DNA from: Bdellovibrionota bacterium
GTDB taxonomy: Bacteria; Bdellovibrionota; UBA1018; CAIPTA01; JAALKR01
DNA length: 64,000 nucleotides
NCBI GenBank assembly: GCA_965207455.1
Contig: CBDBMJ010000001.1
Coordinates: 736,001 to 800,000 of the forward strand
Direction of reading: 5' to 3'
In this document: in pieces, positions 1 to 10,747 of the stretch
Layout: each line of letters begins with the position of its first letter
How positions within the stretch are numbered: the stretch's first letter is position 1
The notes under the pieces: generated by a model
Told to the model about the DNA's origin: nothing
The model's database searches: none
The model's input: the letters and a program-made list of their open reading frames with translations, nothing else
Made by a program: the position numbers and the translations under genes

Positions 1-2
1 TC

Positions 3-587
3 CAAGCTATTGAGCGTGCCAGGGCAAAGGGAATTCTATTTGTTGCAGCAGCTGGAAATAATGGACATAAACTAAGCCAAAAGGAAAATAAATACTATCC
101 AGCCTCCTATAAACTTTCTAACATTATATCTGTAGGAGCTAATGATATTAAGAACAGTTTAATTCCTTGGTCTAACTGGGGAAAAAGTATGGTGGATGTG
201 GCAGCCCCTGGAGATAATATCCTGTCCACACTTCCTGTAAAAAAATTAAAAAATGGGAAAACAATTTCCTATGGATACCTTACAGGAACTAGCCAATCTA
301 CAGCTTTTGTGTCTGGCTTGGCTGCTCTTATTTGGTCTCATAATCCCAGTTTGACCTATGTTCAGATAAAAAATATCATTTTAAAAAGCGTAGATAAGCA
401 AGCGCTATTAAAGGGTAAGGTAAAGTCTGAAGGACGAATTAATGTCTACTCAGCATTGAAAATGGCAAGCCGAGTAGTGAAAAAGAAAACAAGATTTACT
501 AAAAATTCTTCATTTAAATTGTTAAAAAATCCCAGACAAACATCTAGAAAAACAGCAGATAACAAAAATATAGCTCATAAAAAGTAA
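3..587 (+). CDS. S8 subtilisin-like serine peptidase, C-terminal part (5' end outside window)
   Basis: Frame is open from base 3: ...GILFVAAAGN...YPASY..NIISVGA...SNWG..VDVAAPG...GTSQS (catalytic Ser motif). Confidence 0.9.
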   Translation, partial: QAIERARAKGILFVAAAGNNGHKLSQKENKYYPASYKLSNIISVGANDIKNSLIPWSNWGKSMVDVAAPGDNILSTLPVKKLKNGKTISYGYLTGTSQSTAFVSGLAALIWSHNPSLTYVQIKNIILKSVDKQALLKGKVKSEGRINVYSALKMASRVVKKKTRFTKNSSFKLLKNPRQTSRKTADNKNIAHKK

Positions 588-755
588 AAGAATTCCCTCT
601 TTTAAATTCCATTGGGCTATTGTATTTAAGACTTGTTGCGCTACGACCTGTCTACACTGAATTCGGGTCCAGCGCTGTTATGATTCTATTCTGAGGTCAA
701 AATTGATTTATTTTCCCATACCTAATAGAGGCTCAATGGGTTATATCTTAATAAT

Positions 756-2354
756 ATGCCTGTGTTTTTGCCATACTCCGGTTTTTTCTGGGCCATTTTT
801 GGTTCTGTAATACACATTCTGGCCTTTCCTAAGTGGGGGCTTTTTCCTTTGGCTTTCCTTGTATTACCTGCCTATTTGATAGCCATACATAAGGGCAACT
901 CTTGGTTTAAAATGTTTTGTTTTGGAACAGTCTCCAGCTTACTGTGCTGTCTTATAGGTTTGGATTGGGTGAGTTTCGTATTACAAGAAACCGGTGGTAT
1001 TGGGAAGCCACTGTCTGTGTTTCTCCATGTACTTTTTTCCTTTATTGCCTTTCCCAATCTATACACTTTTTTTTTCCTAGGGTTTTTAGTAAAAGCTAAG
1101 GTGGCTAAGCTCCCCCTATTTCTCCAGCCCTTGTATTGGGCCTGTCTTTGGGTAGCTATAGAGTTTCTATGGCAACACTATAAAATATTCCCCGATGTCA
1201 TAGGAGCTACTCAGTGGCCTTGGTTAAGCCTTTCTCAAGTAGCTTCCTTGGGAGGAGTAAGTGCTATAAGCTTCCTCGTTACTTTTTTTGGTGCCAGTCT
1301 TTTATTTTGTGTTCAATATAAGGGAAAAGAAAAAACCCTATATCCTTTTTGTCTAGCAATTTTATTTTTAGGAGCAGCTCATATTTGGGGGGAACAGCGA
1401 ATAAAAACAATACAAGCCCTGCCCAGTAAAGATATAAAAATAGCAGTGATTCAAGCGAATATTTCTAATGCAGATAAAGCTGTGGAGCGGTTAGGTAATA
1501 ACAATGCTATTCGTAGTGTGGTTGAACGTTATAGCGAACTTACAGCACAAGCGGCTGTTCAAAAACCAGATTTAGTGGTTTGGCCAGAGACAGCCTATCC
1601 AACTTTTTTCCCCCTCACCCGTACTTCTAGCGTCTCTTTTTTTGCTCAATTACTCACAGCTAAAATTATGGAAGAGGCAGAAAAGGGAAACTATTCCATA
1701 CTGTTTGGTGGGTATGAGCAGTTAGGTTCAAATTCATATAATTCTGCCATTCTAATAGATAGTAAACAAAAATTCCAAGGCTCTTATCGAAAGTATCATT
1801 TATTAATTTTTGGGGAATACATGCCTTTTTCTAATATATGGCCTAGCTTGAAAAAGCTTAATCCACAACTAGGAGATTTTGCCAGAGGAAAAGGACCCTA
1901 CCCCATTCGTTGGAATCGGCAAGACGGCTCTACCTTAAATCTTGGTGTTACCATTTGCTATGAAACTTTAATCCCTAGTTTTATGCGAGGTATGGCAAAT
2001 AATGGCACTGATATTTTTTTCAATTTAACCAATGACTCTTGGTTTGGTCCCACCAATGAGCCCCATCAACACCTGATATTCAGTGTCTTCCGTGCCATTG
2101 AAAATGGTCTACCCCTAGTTCGTTCCACAAATACGGGAATTAGCTTAATCTTAGATGCCACAGGAGCTTCCCTTGGAGAGACAAAACTGTTTAAGCCTGA
2201 AATAATGGTGAGAACAGTTCCCATCCCCAAGGATAGAATTTTCACCCTATACAAACAATTTGGAGAGGTATTTTCTTATTTCATGATATTTCTCTGCTTT
2301 TCCCCTTGGTTTTCCCTGCCCTTTAGGTTATGGAAAAATACAAATGCTTCTTGA
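756..2354 (+). CDS. lnt: apolipoprotein N-acyltransferase
   Basis: Multi-TM N-terminus followed by nitrilase-fold motifs VVWPETA, YRK.HL..FGEY, ICYE, TNDSWFG, RAIENG. Confidence 0.95.
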   Translation: MPVFLPYSGFFWAIFGSVIHILAFPKWGLFPLAFLVLPAYLIAIHKGNSWFKMFCFGTVSSLLCCLIGLDWVSFVLQETGGIGKPLSVFLHVLFSFIAFPNLYTFFFLGFLVKAKVAKLPLFLQPLYWACLWVAIEFLWQHYKIFPDVIGATQWPWLSLSQVASLGGVSAISFLVTFFGASLLFCVQYKGKEKTLYPFCLAILFLGAAHIWGEQRIKTIQALPSKDIKIAVIQANISNADKAVERLGNNNAIRSVVERYSELTAQAAVQKPDLVVWPETAYPTFFPLTRTSSVSFFAQLLTAKIMEEAEKGNYSILFGGYEQLGSNSYNSAILIDSKQKFQGSYRKYHLLIFGEYMPFSNIWPSLKKLNPQLGDFARGKGPYPIRWNRQDGSTLNLGVTICYETLIPSFMRGMANNGTDIFFNLTNDSWFGPTNEPHQHLIFSVFRAIENGLPLVRSTNTGISLILDATGASLGETKLFKPEIMVRTVPIPKDRIFTLYKQFGEVFSYFMIFLCFSPWFSLPFRLWKNTNAS

Positions 2355-2841
2355 ATATAATATCCTTATGGATAAAAAAGAAAATAAACGTCAATGTACC
2401 GTATATCCATTACGATATAGAAAGGATTTCCGGTTTTATTATTTCCACAAAAATGCACCCATATCCCAACCCCAATCGGACGTTTTATTGCATGTGAATG
2501 GAGTTCCCATTCAAGAGTATACTAAAAAAATACAATCCATTGCAGTAGTGGATTGTGTATGGAAGAAAGTGGAACCAGCACTAAAATTAATGGAAAATCC
2601 CCTACCCCCTCTTGTGAAAATCCCGGGAGATTTTGTTACTGCTTACCCTAGGAAAAGCAAATATGAAAACCTCGATCCGGAAGGAGGGCTTGCCACTATT
2701 GAAGCTATATTTATTGCAGGAGCTTTTTTAAATAACTGGGATGAATCTCTTCTGTCGAACTACTACTTTAAAAAAGAATTTTTAAAGTGCAATGAACAGC
2801 AATGGAAGAAATATAAACTAGGACCATTTAACAATGACTGA
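2344..2841 (+). CDS. Tsr3/DUF367/DTW-like putative aminocarboxypropyltransferase
   Basis: Motifs KEN...CTV.PL, VDCVWK, TAYPRKSK, LATIEA..A resemble the Tsr3/DTW group. Confidence 0.55.
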   Translation: MLLEYNILMDKKENKRQCTVYPLRYRKDFRFYYFHKNAPISQPQSDVLLHVNGVPIQEYTKKIQSIAVVDCVWKKVEPALKLMENPLPPLVKIPGDFVTAYPRKSKYENLDPEGGLATIEAIFIAGAFLNNWDESLLSNYYFKKEFLKCNEQQWKKYKLGPFNND

Positions 2842-4426
2842 AGAGTTAAGTTCCATAGATAAAAAAGAAATACTATCTAGGCGTGTCTTTGCTATTATTT
2901 CCCATCCCGACGCAGGGAAAACCACATTGACAGAGAAAATACTTCTCTATGGTGGCGCTATCCATGAAGCAGGAGAGGTAAAGAGCAAAAAGAAACGTCG
3001 ACTTGCCCGTAGTGATTGGATGAAGCTGGAACAAGAAAGAGGGATTTCTGTAAACTCCAGTGTAATGCAATTTCAATATAAAAATTTAAATTTTAATTTG
3101 TTAGATACCCCAGGTCACGCCGATTTTTCTGAAGATACGTACCGAACCTTGGCAGCGGCTGATTCTGCCATCATGTTACTAGATAATGCAAAAGGAGTGG
3201 AGCTGCAAACAAAAAAACTTTTTGAAGTTTGTCGCTACCGAAAAACACCTGTATTTACTTTTATTAATAAGTTGGACAGAGAGGGACGAGCCCCTCTTGA
3301 GATTATGGAAGAAATCGAGAAAACATTAAATATTGAATGTAACCCTCTTACTTGGCCAGTCGGGTGTGGAGAACGCTTTAAAGGTGTGTATCACCGGACA
3401 GAAAAAAAGTTTTATCCGTATGAAAATAAAAATTTTTCTGCTCAAAAAATAGAGGGAAAAAATAACTCACTCTCTAGTCAAGAGCAGCAAGAATTGGAAA
3501 ACGATATTGAGCTTCTGGACAGCACCTTGGGAAATCCATCGAAAGAAGCCTTCCTGAAAGGAGAGCAAACTCCCGTTTTGTTTGGGAGCGCTCGAACTAA
3601 TTTTGGAGTGGAAAATTTTTTAAATATATTTCTCGACTTTGCACCTGGTCCTGGCGCCATGATCAGCCAAGATACAATAGTCCACCCAACAGATCCGTTT
3701 TTTTCAGGATTTGTTTTTAAAATTCAAGCCAATATGGATAAAAAACATCGAGACAGGGTAGCTTTTATTCGCATTGTTTCAGGGAAGTTTAAACGAGGTA
3801 TGTATGTAAAAAATGAAAGGTTAGGCAAGAATATTCGCCTAACCTATTCTCAGAAATTTTTTGCAGAGGAACGAAAAAGCATAGAGAGTGCTTTTGCAGG
3901 AGATATACTGGGTCTCCATGATATGGGTAATTGCTTATTAGGAGATACCCTGCATTCCAGTACCCAAAAAATACAATTCAAAGGCATCCCACAATTTTCC
4001 CCTGAACACTTTTCAAAAATCCAACTAAGTGACCCCATGAAACGAAAGTCGTTACAAAAAGGGATTCGTCAACTTTGTGAAGAGGGTACTATTCAATATT
4101 TCACCGATCCTAATGTGGGAAGTCAGGATCCTATTTTAGGAGCCATTGGTCTATTGCAGTTCGATGTCATTTTGTATCGCCTCCAAGATGAATACAATAC
4201 AAAAGTGAAGCTTCTTCCTCAGCCATTTAAAATTGCGCGATGGGTGAAGTCCAAAACCCCTTACTCAGGCGATTTCAGCGAGTTGATGGGGAGTTTTCAG
4301 TTGGTGGAAGACCTGCATCACAATCCTGTGTTTTTATTTACCAGTGAATTTAATCTTCAATGGGCGGTAGATAATAATTCACAGTTTCATTTTTATGCAA
4401 TAAGAGATGGGGAATCCATATTATAA
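2834..4426 (+). CDS. prfC: peptide chain release factor 3
   Basis: FAIISHPDAGKTTLTEK, SDWM.LEQERGISV, DTPGH, NKLD, FKIQANMD..HRDR. Confidence 0.97.
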   Translation: MTEELSSIDKKEILSRRVFAIISHPDAGKTTLTEKILLYGGAIHEAGEVKSKKKRRLARSDWMKLEQERGISVNSSVMQFQYKNLNFNLLDTPGHADFSEDTYRTLAAADSAIMLLDNAKGVELQTKKLFEVCRYRKTPVFTFINKLDREGRAPLEIMEEIEKTLNIECNPLTWPVGCGERFKGVYHRTEKKFYPYENKNFSAQKIEGKNNSLSSQEQQELENDIELLDSTLGNPSKEAFLKGEQTPVLFGSARTNFGVENFLNIFLDFAPGPGAMISQDTIVHPTDPFFSGFVFKIQANMDKKHRDRVAFIRIVSGKFKRGMYVKNERLGKNIRLTYSQKFFAEERKSIESAFAGDILGLHDMGNCLLGDTLHSSTQKIQFKGIPQFSPEHFSKIQLSDPMKRKSLQKGIRQLCEEGTIQYFTDPNVGSQDPILGAIGLLQFDVILYRLQDEYNTKVKLLPQPFKIARWVKSKTPYSGDFSELMGSFQLVEDLHHNPVFLFTSEFNLQWAVDNNSQFHFYAIRDGESIL

Positions 4427-4537
4427 CTTAGGGCACTACTTTTTCTTATAAATTGGGCTGGATTTAATGAAGTATACTATGCTAAATTTCGACCAAACTG
4501 TCAAAACGAAACTAAACCTACAAAAGGAGAATTAATT

Positions 4538-5452
4538 ATGTATAAAGTTCAATTTTTCACATTCATGCTAGGAGTTGCGCTTCTTTCCATGAGCTCTCAA
4601 GCTAATATTAATAAAGATACAAATATGGGAAAAACAAAGAAAGTCATTCTAATGGGGTTTAACCCAGCAGAAAATGTGGATGTGGTAAAAGTAAATAGCA
4701 AGGCGTTTTCTGATTACTATAAGAAAAAAACAGGATACTCCATAAAAACTTTCATTGCTACTGACTATACAGCTCTAGTAGAGGCCCTTCGTAGTGGGAG
4801 AATTCATTTTGCATGGCTTCCTCCTTTTAGTTATATAAAAGCTGAACAAATGGCTGGAGCTGAAGTGTTGATGAAAGCTGTTCGCAAAGGGCGTGCTTCT
4901 TTTTATAGTGCTATCATTACTCGAAGCGATAGTTCCATTAAAACAGTAGCAGATCTTAAGGGAAAAAATATTGCTTGGGTAGATCCCGCTAGTACATCAG
5001 GGCATATATTTCCCAAAGCAAGTTTAATGACAAAATATAATATCGACCCTGACACTTATTTTAAACGACAAATATTTGCTGGTGGTCATGACTCTCTTGT
5101 TTTAGCTGTTCTTCGAGGAACAGTGGACGCAGGAGCAACCTTTGCTAACGATCCTAAAGGCAAGACTGGTTCTTGGCATCTTTTTCTAAAAGAAAAAGAG
5201 GACCAAGGAAAAATTCGTGTTGTCTATGTTACCGACCCCATTACAGGAGACACATTGACCACATCCAAAAAATATAGAAAAGAAAATCCAAAAGTTGTGG
5301 AAGAGATGGTATCCATTTTAGGAGAAATGGGTAATAATAAAAAAGGAAAAGAGTTGCTAAAAAGTCTTTATCGCATTGATGCTATGGTTCCTGCTAAAAG
5401 CAAGGACTATGACGCTGTAAGAAAAGCAGCCAAGATTTTAGATATATTATAG
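4538..5452 (+). CDS. phnD: phosphate/phosphite/phosphonate ABC transporter substrate-binding protein
   Basis: Signal peptide; DY.ALVEAL; DPASTSG..FP; GGHD; RBS AAGGAG upstream. Confidence 0.9.
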   Translation: MYKVQFFTFMLGVALLSMSSQANINKDTNMGKTKKVILMGFNPAENVDVVKVNSKAFSDYYKKKTGYSIKTFIATDYTALVEALRSGRIHFAWLPPFSYIKAEQMAGAEVLMKAVRKGRASFYSAIITRSDSSIKTVADLKGKNIAWVDPASTSGHIFPKASLMTKYNIDPDTYFKRQIFAGGHDSLVLAVLRGTVDAGATFANDPKGKTGSWHLFLKEKEDQGKIRVVYVTDPITGDTLTTSKKYRKENPKVVEEMVSILGEMGNNKKGKELLKSLYRIDAMVPAKSKDYDAVRKAAKILDIL

Positions 5453-5460
5453 TTCAATAA

Positions 5461-6225
5461 ATGACAATTCTAGTATCTAATTATAGTAAAACTTTTGATG
5501 GTGGCAAGACCTATGCCCTAGAAAAAGTAAATACAAATATCCAACAGGGCGAGTTTGTGGCTATTATTGGACTCTCTGGAGCTGGAAAAACAACTTTTTT
5601 ACGCGCTATCAATGGAACAAATTTACCTGGAACAGGGGAATTAAAAGTTCTAGATCAAGACGTTGCAAAGTTAAGAGGAAAGCAATTACGACAACTGCGT
5701 AAAAAAATTGGATTTATTTTTCAACAATTTAATCTTGTAAAAAATATTTCTGCTATTCAAAATGTACTTTGTGGGCGAGTAGCCTCCGCTCCTCTTTGGA
5801 GAGTTTTCTTGGGAATGTATTCATTTTCAGATAAACTTCTGGCGAAAAAAGCAATGGATTCTGTGGGACTAAGTGGACGATACCACGAACGAGTATCCAA
5901 TCTCTCTGGAGGGCAACAGCAGCGAGTAGCCATTGCGCGAGCTATTGTACAAAATCCTAAAATTATCTTAGCAGATGAGCCTATGGCTTCATTGGATCCA
6001 AAACTATCTGAAGTGGTTTTAGGGATTTTGAGAGATATTAATAAACAAAAAAGTATTACAATAATTGTAAATATTCATGTTCTTGAATTAGCTAAGAAAT
6101 TTGCAGACCGAATTATCGCCTTCCGAAAGGGGACCATTGTTTTTGATGGCAAACCGGATAGTCTAACAGAAGAAAGAGTAAAAGAAATTTATGAAATAAA
6201 TTTTGAAGAGCTAGAGGCACTCTAA
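5461..6225 (+). CDS. phnC: phosphonate ABC transporter ATP-binding protein
   Basis: GLSGAGKT, FQQFNLV, LSGGQQQRVAIARA, ADEP.ASLDP. Confidence 0.92.
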   Translation: MTILVSNYSKTFDGGKTYALEKVNTNIQQGEFVAIIGLSGAGKTTFLRAINGTNLPGTGELKVLDQDVAKLRGKQLRQLRKKIGFIFQQFNLVKNISAIQNVLCGRVASAPLWRVFLGMYSFSDKLLAKKAMDSVGLSGRYHERVSNLSGGQQQRVAIARAIVQNPKIILADEPMASLDPKLSEVVLGILRDINKQKSITIIVNIHVLELAKKFADRIIAFRKGTIVFDGKPDSLTEERVKEIYEINFEELEAL

Positions 6226-6229
6226 ATAT

Positions 6230-7060
6230 ATGGCAAATGAAAAAACATCATTGAGTAAAGAATCTTTAAGAAAGATAAAAGAGAGTATGAAAAAACCATT
6301 TAGCTGGAGCAGTCCCGTGCTATTTTGTGTATTTTTAATATTGCTTTACCTAACCTATATGGCAGTACTAAGAGTGGAGTTCAGTGCTGAACGATTATTT
6401 GAAGGCTTGCCTTTTATGGCAGATTTCTTATCTCGCATGTATCCTCCAGATTTTTCTGTTCTACCAAGAGTATTACCCGATACTTTAGAAACCATATCCC
6501 TAGCTTGGATTGCCACCCTTATTGCAGGCTTCTTTTCCCTTCCCATTGCTTTCTTTGCTGCTTCTAATATTTTTGAAAATCAATGGATACGAAAATGCAC
6601 CATATTTTTTCTCAATATGGACCGTGCCATTGATGCTCTCATCTTAGCTCTTTTCTTTGTCAGTGCCGTAGGATTGGGTCCGTTTGCAGGTACCCTTGCC
6701 CTAGGAATACACTCTGTGGGAATGTTGGGTAAGCTCTTTGCTGATGCAATCGAATCTATAGATAAGGGCCCAGTAGAAGCCCTAGAAAGCGCAGGAGCTA
6801 GCAAGTTAGCCATTATTCGCTGGGCGATTTGGCCCCAAGTAGCACCACTATTTATCACTTATTACCTGTTTCGATTTGAACTGAATATCCGTGTAGCCGT
6901 AGTGCTGGGTCTTGTGGGAGCTGGAGGTATTGGTTTCCTACTCACCCAATATATGCGTCTTTTTCAATACCAGAAAGTAGCCACACTGGTATTGGTAATC
7001 CTTATCTTAGTTATGAGTATTGATGCAGTTTCCGCAAGATTACGTCAATATGTCCGGTGA
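6230..7060 (+). CDS. phnE: phosphonate ABC transporter permease
   Basis: VGLGPFAGTLAL, GKLFADAIE.ID.GP.EA, RFE.NIR...VLG.VGAGGIG. Confidence 0.92.
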   Translation: MANEKTSLSKESLRKIKESMKKPFSWSSPVLFCVFLILLYLTYMAVLRVEFSAERLFEGLPFMADFLSRMYPPDFSVLPRVLPDTLETISLAWIATLIAGFFSLPIAFFAASNIFENQWIRKCTIFFLNMDRAIDALILALFFVSAVGLGPFAGTLALGIHSVGMLGKLFADAIESIDKGPVEALESAGASKLAIIRWAIWPQVAPLFITYYLFRFELNIRVAVVLGLVGAGGIGFLLTQYMRLFQYQKVATLVLVILILVMSIDAVSARLRQYVR

Positions 7061-7827
7061 TGCGTTTTGTATCTTGGAATGTAAATGGGATTCGAGCTTG
7101 CCTGAAAAAAGGTTTCATTGATACTTATAAAGAACTCCAAGCAGACATATTTTGTGTTCAAGAAACTAAGGCCCATCCAGAACAAGTGGAAATAGACAGT
7201 GTCCTACCCAAGGGAACTGAGCAAGTGTGGGCTTGGGCTGAGAAAAAGGGATATAGTGGATGCGCTTTGTTTACTCCCCATCAAAATATAAAATTAGTAA
7301 ATAAATTGGAACTGCCTAAATATGATATGGAAGGAAGAGGAAATATTGCTTTTCATAAAAATTTTACTTTAGTGAATTTGTATTTTCCAAATGGCGCTGC
7401 CTCTGAGGAACGCCATTATTTTAAAATGGATTTCCTCAAAACTATTTTAAAATATCTGAAAAAGTTAGAGAAAACCCATGGACCTCTTATTATTTGTGGA
7501 GATTATAATATTGCTCATACAAAAATTGACATTCATGATCCAAAATCAAACGAAAATTCCAGTGGATTTTTACCAGAAGAACGAGCTTGGATGGATGGGT
7601 TTAGCGAAAATTTTATTGATACATTTCGCCTACTTCACCCGGAGAGAAAAGATAAATATTCATGGTGGAGCTATCGCCAGCAATCTAGAGAACGCAATAA
7701 AGGTTGGAGATTAGATTATTTTTTTATTTCTAAATCTTTAAAAGATAAGGTAAAGAAAGCAAATATCTATGAAAACATTATGGGGTCCGATCATTGCCCC
7801 ATTGAAGTGGAAATATCATTTTCGTAA
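7057..7827 (+). CDS. xth: exodeoxyribonuclease III / AP endonuclease
   Basis: SWNVNGIRA, QETK, GDYNIAH, YSWWSYR, GWRLDY, SDHCP. Confidence 0.95.
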   Translation: MMRFVSWNVNGIRACLKKGFIDTYKELQADIFCVQETKAHPEQVEIDSVLPKGTEQVWAWAEKKGYSGCALFTPHQNIKLVNKLELPKYDMEGRGNIAFHKNFTLVNLYFPNGAASEERHYFKMDFLKTILKYLKKLEKTHGPLIICGDYNIAHTKIDIHDPKSNENSSGFLPEERAWMDGFSENFIDTFRLLHPERKDKYSWWSYRQQSRERNKGWRLDYFFISKSLKDKVKKANIYENIMGSDHCPIEVEISFS

Positions 7828-8994
7828 ACCCGGCCATATTAAAGCAGTGGCTACAAATCCTGCTGCAATATAAGTAAATAAAATTGTTTTTAAATCTATA
7901 TTTTGATCTAAAAGAAAGCCTAAAATAGGAGGACTTATTGCTGTGGAAAAGGTAAGTGCAGCAGACATAAATCCTTGTATAGCGCCCATATTTTTTGTTC
8001 CATATAGATCTGGTAAAAGTGCTGTTTTAATATTTCCACCTACCCCTACTGTGAAGCCAAGTAATCCTAAGTAGCAAAAAGAGAAGATGGGGTCCATGCC
8101 ATAAATAAGAAAAGCAATGCCCAGTAGCATTGGGAATAGATAAAAATAGAGTAAGCGCCTTGCTGTAAAACGATCAATTAAAGGACCAATACCAATTGAG
8201 CCTATCGCTCGCAAAATACCAAAAGCAATAAAACCACTGGCAAGCAATTCCACGCTCCATTCTTTTTTTGCCACAAGGCTTGTTTGGTGGAAAAATAATG
8301 ATGTGATAACGAAAGGAGGAAAAATCCAAGCAGGAAGAAGTAAATAAAATTTTCTTGTTCGTACAATTTCACTCACTTTCCATTGTTTTTCTTCCAGTAG
8401 TTCTATATTTTTTGTGGCTTTCTTATATTTCTTTTCTATCTGTTTTGCTAGAAAAAATAATAAAGGCAAAGCAAGTAACCCATAGTAGGCACTTAAAAAG
8501 TTCCAGGTATTTTCTCTACCAAATCGTTGAACAGCTAGAACAACTAATATGGGATAGGTACATTCTGCCAAAGGATACCCTAGACTAGCAAAAGCCAGTG
8601 CCTTTCCTCGATTTTTGGAAAATCCAATAGAAATAATAGTGCGTCCAATTAGGCTTAGTGTTCCATGAGCTAGGGATCGCATCCCTAGATAGGCAAGAAA
8701 AATAAGCATAATGCTATCCGCTTGTCCGAAAATATAACAGGTAATACTAAGACCGATTAGTTGCAGTAATATAAAGCGAGAGAGAGAGACTTTGTCTAAG
8801 AGTCGCCCTAGGAAGGGCAGCAGAAAGGCTGCACACAGGGTTGCTAGGGCGTAAATAGAGGCAATGGTGGTTTGGCTGATTTGGGCCGATTCCTGTAAAT
8901 AGTCGTTAAAAATGGCAATAAGATAGGTTTGTCCTGGAGCTGAAAAAAAGCTACCTAAAAATCCCAGTAGTAAAAGCTCCCATTTTTTAAACAT
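7816..8994 (-). CDS. MFS transporter
   Basis: About 12 hydrophobic segments; G.LLDK and GPLIDRF MFS motifs. Start moved to ATG 8994 to avoid overlapping metG. Confidence 0.85.
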   Translation of the reverse strand: MFKKWELLLLGFLGSFFSAPGQTYLIAIFNDYLQESAQISQTTIASIYALATLCAAFLLPFLGRLLDKVSLSRFILLQLIGLSITCYIFGQADSIMLIFLAYLGMRSLAHGTLSLIGRTIISIGFSKNRGKALAFASLGYPLAECTYPILVVLAVQRFGRENTWNFLSAYYGLLALPLLFFLAKQIEKKYKKATKNIELLEEKQWKVSEIVRTRKFYLLLPAWIFPPFVITSLFFHQTSLVAKKEWSVELLASGFIAFGILRAIGSIGIGPLIDRFTARRLLYFYLFPMLLGIAFLIYGMDPIFSFCYLGLLGFTVGVGGNIKTALLPDLYGTKNMGAIQGFMSAALTFSTAISPPILGFLLDQNIDLKTILFTYIAAGFVATALIWPGLRK

Positions 8995-9046
8995 TCCGTG
9001 TCCCCTACTTCTTGCATACAATGATAGTCTATGGCAAAACTGTACT

Positions 9047-10747
9047 ATGAGTAGTTCAAAGAAGAAATACCTAATCACTTCTGCTCTGCCCTATGCTAAC
9101 GGTCCCTTACACTTTGGTCATCTTGGAGGAGTCTACATTCCTGCAGATATTTATACCCGTCACCGTAAGTTGCAGGGGCATGAGGTAAAGCACATTTCTG
9201 GTTCAGATGAGCATGGTGTAGCTATTACTCTATCCGCAGAAAAAGCAGGTGCTTCTTATGGCGACTGGATAGATAAATGGCATGAAGAGCACAAGAAGCT
9301 ATTTAAAATTTTTTCCGTTGATTTTGACTTTTTTGGACGAACATCACTGCCCTACCACGAAGATGAAGTAAAGGAATGGTTTCTTGATCTCTATAATAAA
9401 GGGTTTATTGAGCCTCGTATAGAAAAACAGCTCTATTCTCTGGATGACAAAAAATTTCTTCCTGACCGTTATATAGAAGGCATTTGTTATGTTTGTGATT
9501 ATCCAAAAGCCCGTGGTGATGAATGTCCTAAATGTGGTGAATGGATAACAGCTACGAAATTAAAAAATCCTGTAAGTGCCATAAGCGGAAGCTCTAATAT
9601 TGAAATACGAGAAACAAAAAATCATTTTATTTTACTTAAAAAATTACAAAAAGATTACGAATCTTGGTTCTCAGAAAAAAAAGGAACTTGGAGAAAATTA
9701 GTAACAGGATTTATACAAGGACTCATTGATCAAGGTTTAGTAGATCGCTGTATCACTAGAGATTTAAACTGGGGAATTGATGTGCCTTTAAAGGACTGCG
9801 AAGGGAAAAAAATCTATGTATGGTTTGATGCGCCCATTGGATATGTCTCTAACTTAAAAGAACATCTCAAATCAAGTAAAGAGGATTATAAAATAGATTG
9901 GTGGCAAAATCCTAATGTGGAGATTTCCAATTTTATTGGGAAAGACAATATTATTTTTCATGCTCTTATTTTTCCAATGATGGCATTGGGAACAAAGTTT
10001 ATTAATCTCCCTCATCAAATTCCAGCTAACGAATTTATAAATTTGGAGAATCATCAATTCTCCAAATCCTCTGGTTGGTATGTTGATATCCCACAAGCTT
10101 TGGAATATTTTGATGCCGACGCTCTGAGATTTTACCTTTGTGCTATTATTCCAGAAGCAGGAGATACAAATTTTTGTTGGGACCATTTTGAGCAGTGTTA
10201 TAAAGATTTTGGTAATAAAATTGGGAATTTCATTCATCGAAGTTTAAGTTTTTTTATGAAAAATTGGCCTCAAGGATTTTCTCAAACCACATTTATGTCC
10301 CTAAAAAATCATGAAGAATTAAATCGTATTGAAACTCAGATAAAGAAAATTACTCAGCATTTGGATAAATGCCAATTCACGAAAGCCCAAGCCGAACTCC
10401 TGCAATTTGGACAAATCGCTAATGAATATTTTCACAATCAAGAGCCTTGGGCGCAAATCAAAAAAGATAAAAAAGCTACCGAAGACACAATTGCTGTTTC
10501 CATGCTCTATATAGTAGGTATAGCCGTTGTTATGGAACCAATCCTTCCTCAGGCAACCAAAAAAATATTAAAATCCTTTCCAAAGCCTAGAGAAGACACC
10601 ATGGAAGCTATTTATAATGGAAAAGCAGATAGGATTTTGGACTTCTTTCAAGAGGGGCTGCCCTTGCCAGCAAGTCTTGAAGTGTTATTTCCTCGCTTGG
10701 ATAAAGATCAAATTAAGAGTTTTAAGGAGAGGCTCCCTGGTACTTAG
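9047..10747 (+). CDS. metG: methionine--tRNA ligase (no C-terminal tRNA-binding domain)
   Basis: SALPYANGPLHFGH (HIGH), SDEHG, YVWFDA.IGY, IGKDNI.FH, FSKS. Confidence 0.97.
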   Translation: MSSSKKKYLITSALPYANGPLHFGHLGGVYIPADIYTRHRKLQGHEVKHISGSDEHGVAITLSAEKAGASYGDWIDKWHEEHKKLFKIFSVDFDFFGRTSLPYHEDEVKEWFLDLYNKGFIEPRIEKQLYSLDDKKFLPDRYIEGICYVCDYPKARGDECPKCGEWITATKLKNPVSAISGSSNIEIRETKNHFILLKKLQKDYESWFSEKKGTWRKLVTGFIQGLIDQGLVDRCITRDLNWGIDVPLKDCEGKKIYVWFDAPIGYVSNLKEHLKSSKEDYKIDWWQNPNVEISNFIGKDNIIFHALIFPMMALGTKFINLPHQIPANEFINLENHQFSKSSGWYVDIPQALEYFDADALRFYLCAIIPEAGDTNFCWDHFEQCYKDFGNKIGNFIHRSLSFFMKNWPQGFSQTTFMSLKNHEELNRIETQIKKITQHLDKCQFTKAQAELLQFGQIANEYFHNQEPWAQIKKDKKATEDTIAVSMLYIVGIAVVMEPILPQATKKILKSFPKPREDTMEAIYNGKADRILDFFQEGLPLPASLEVLFPRLDKDQIKSFKERLPGT

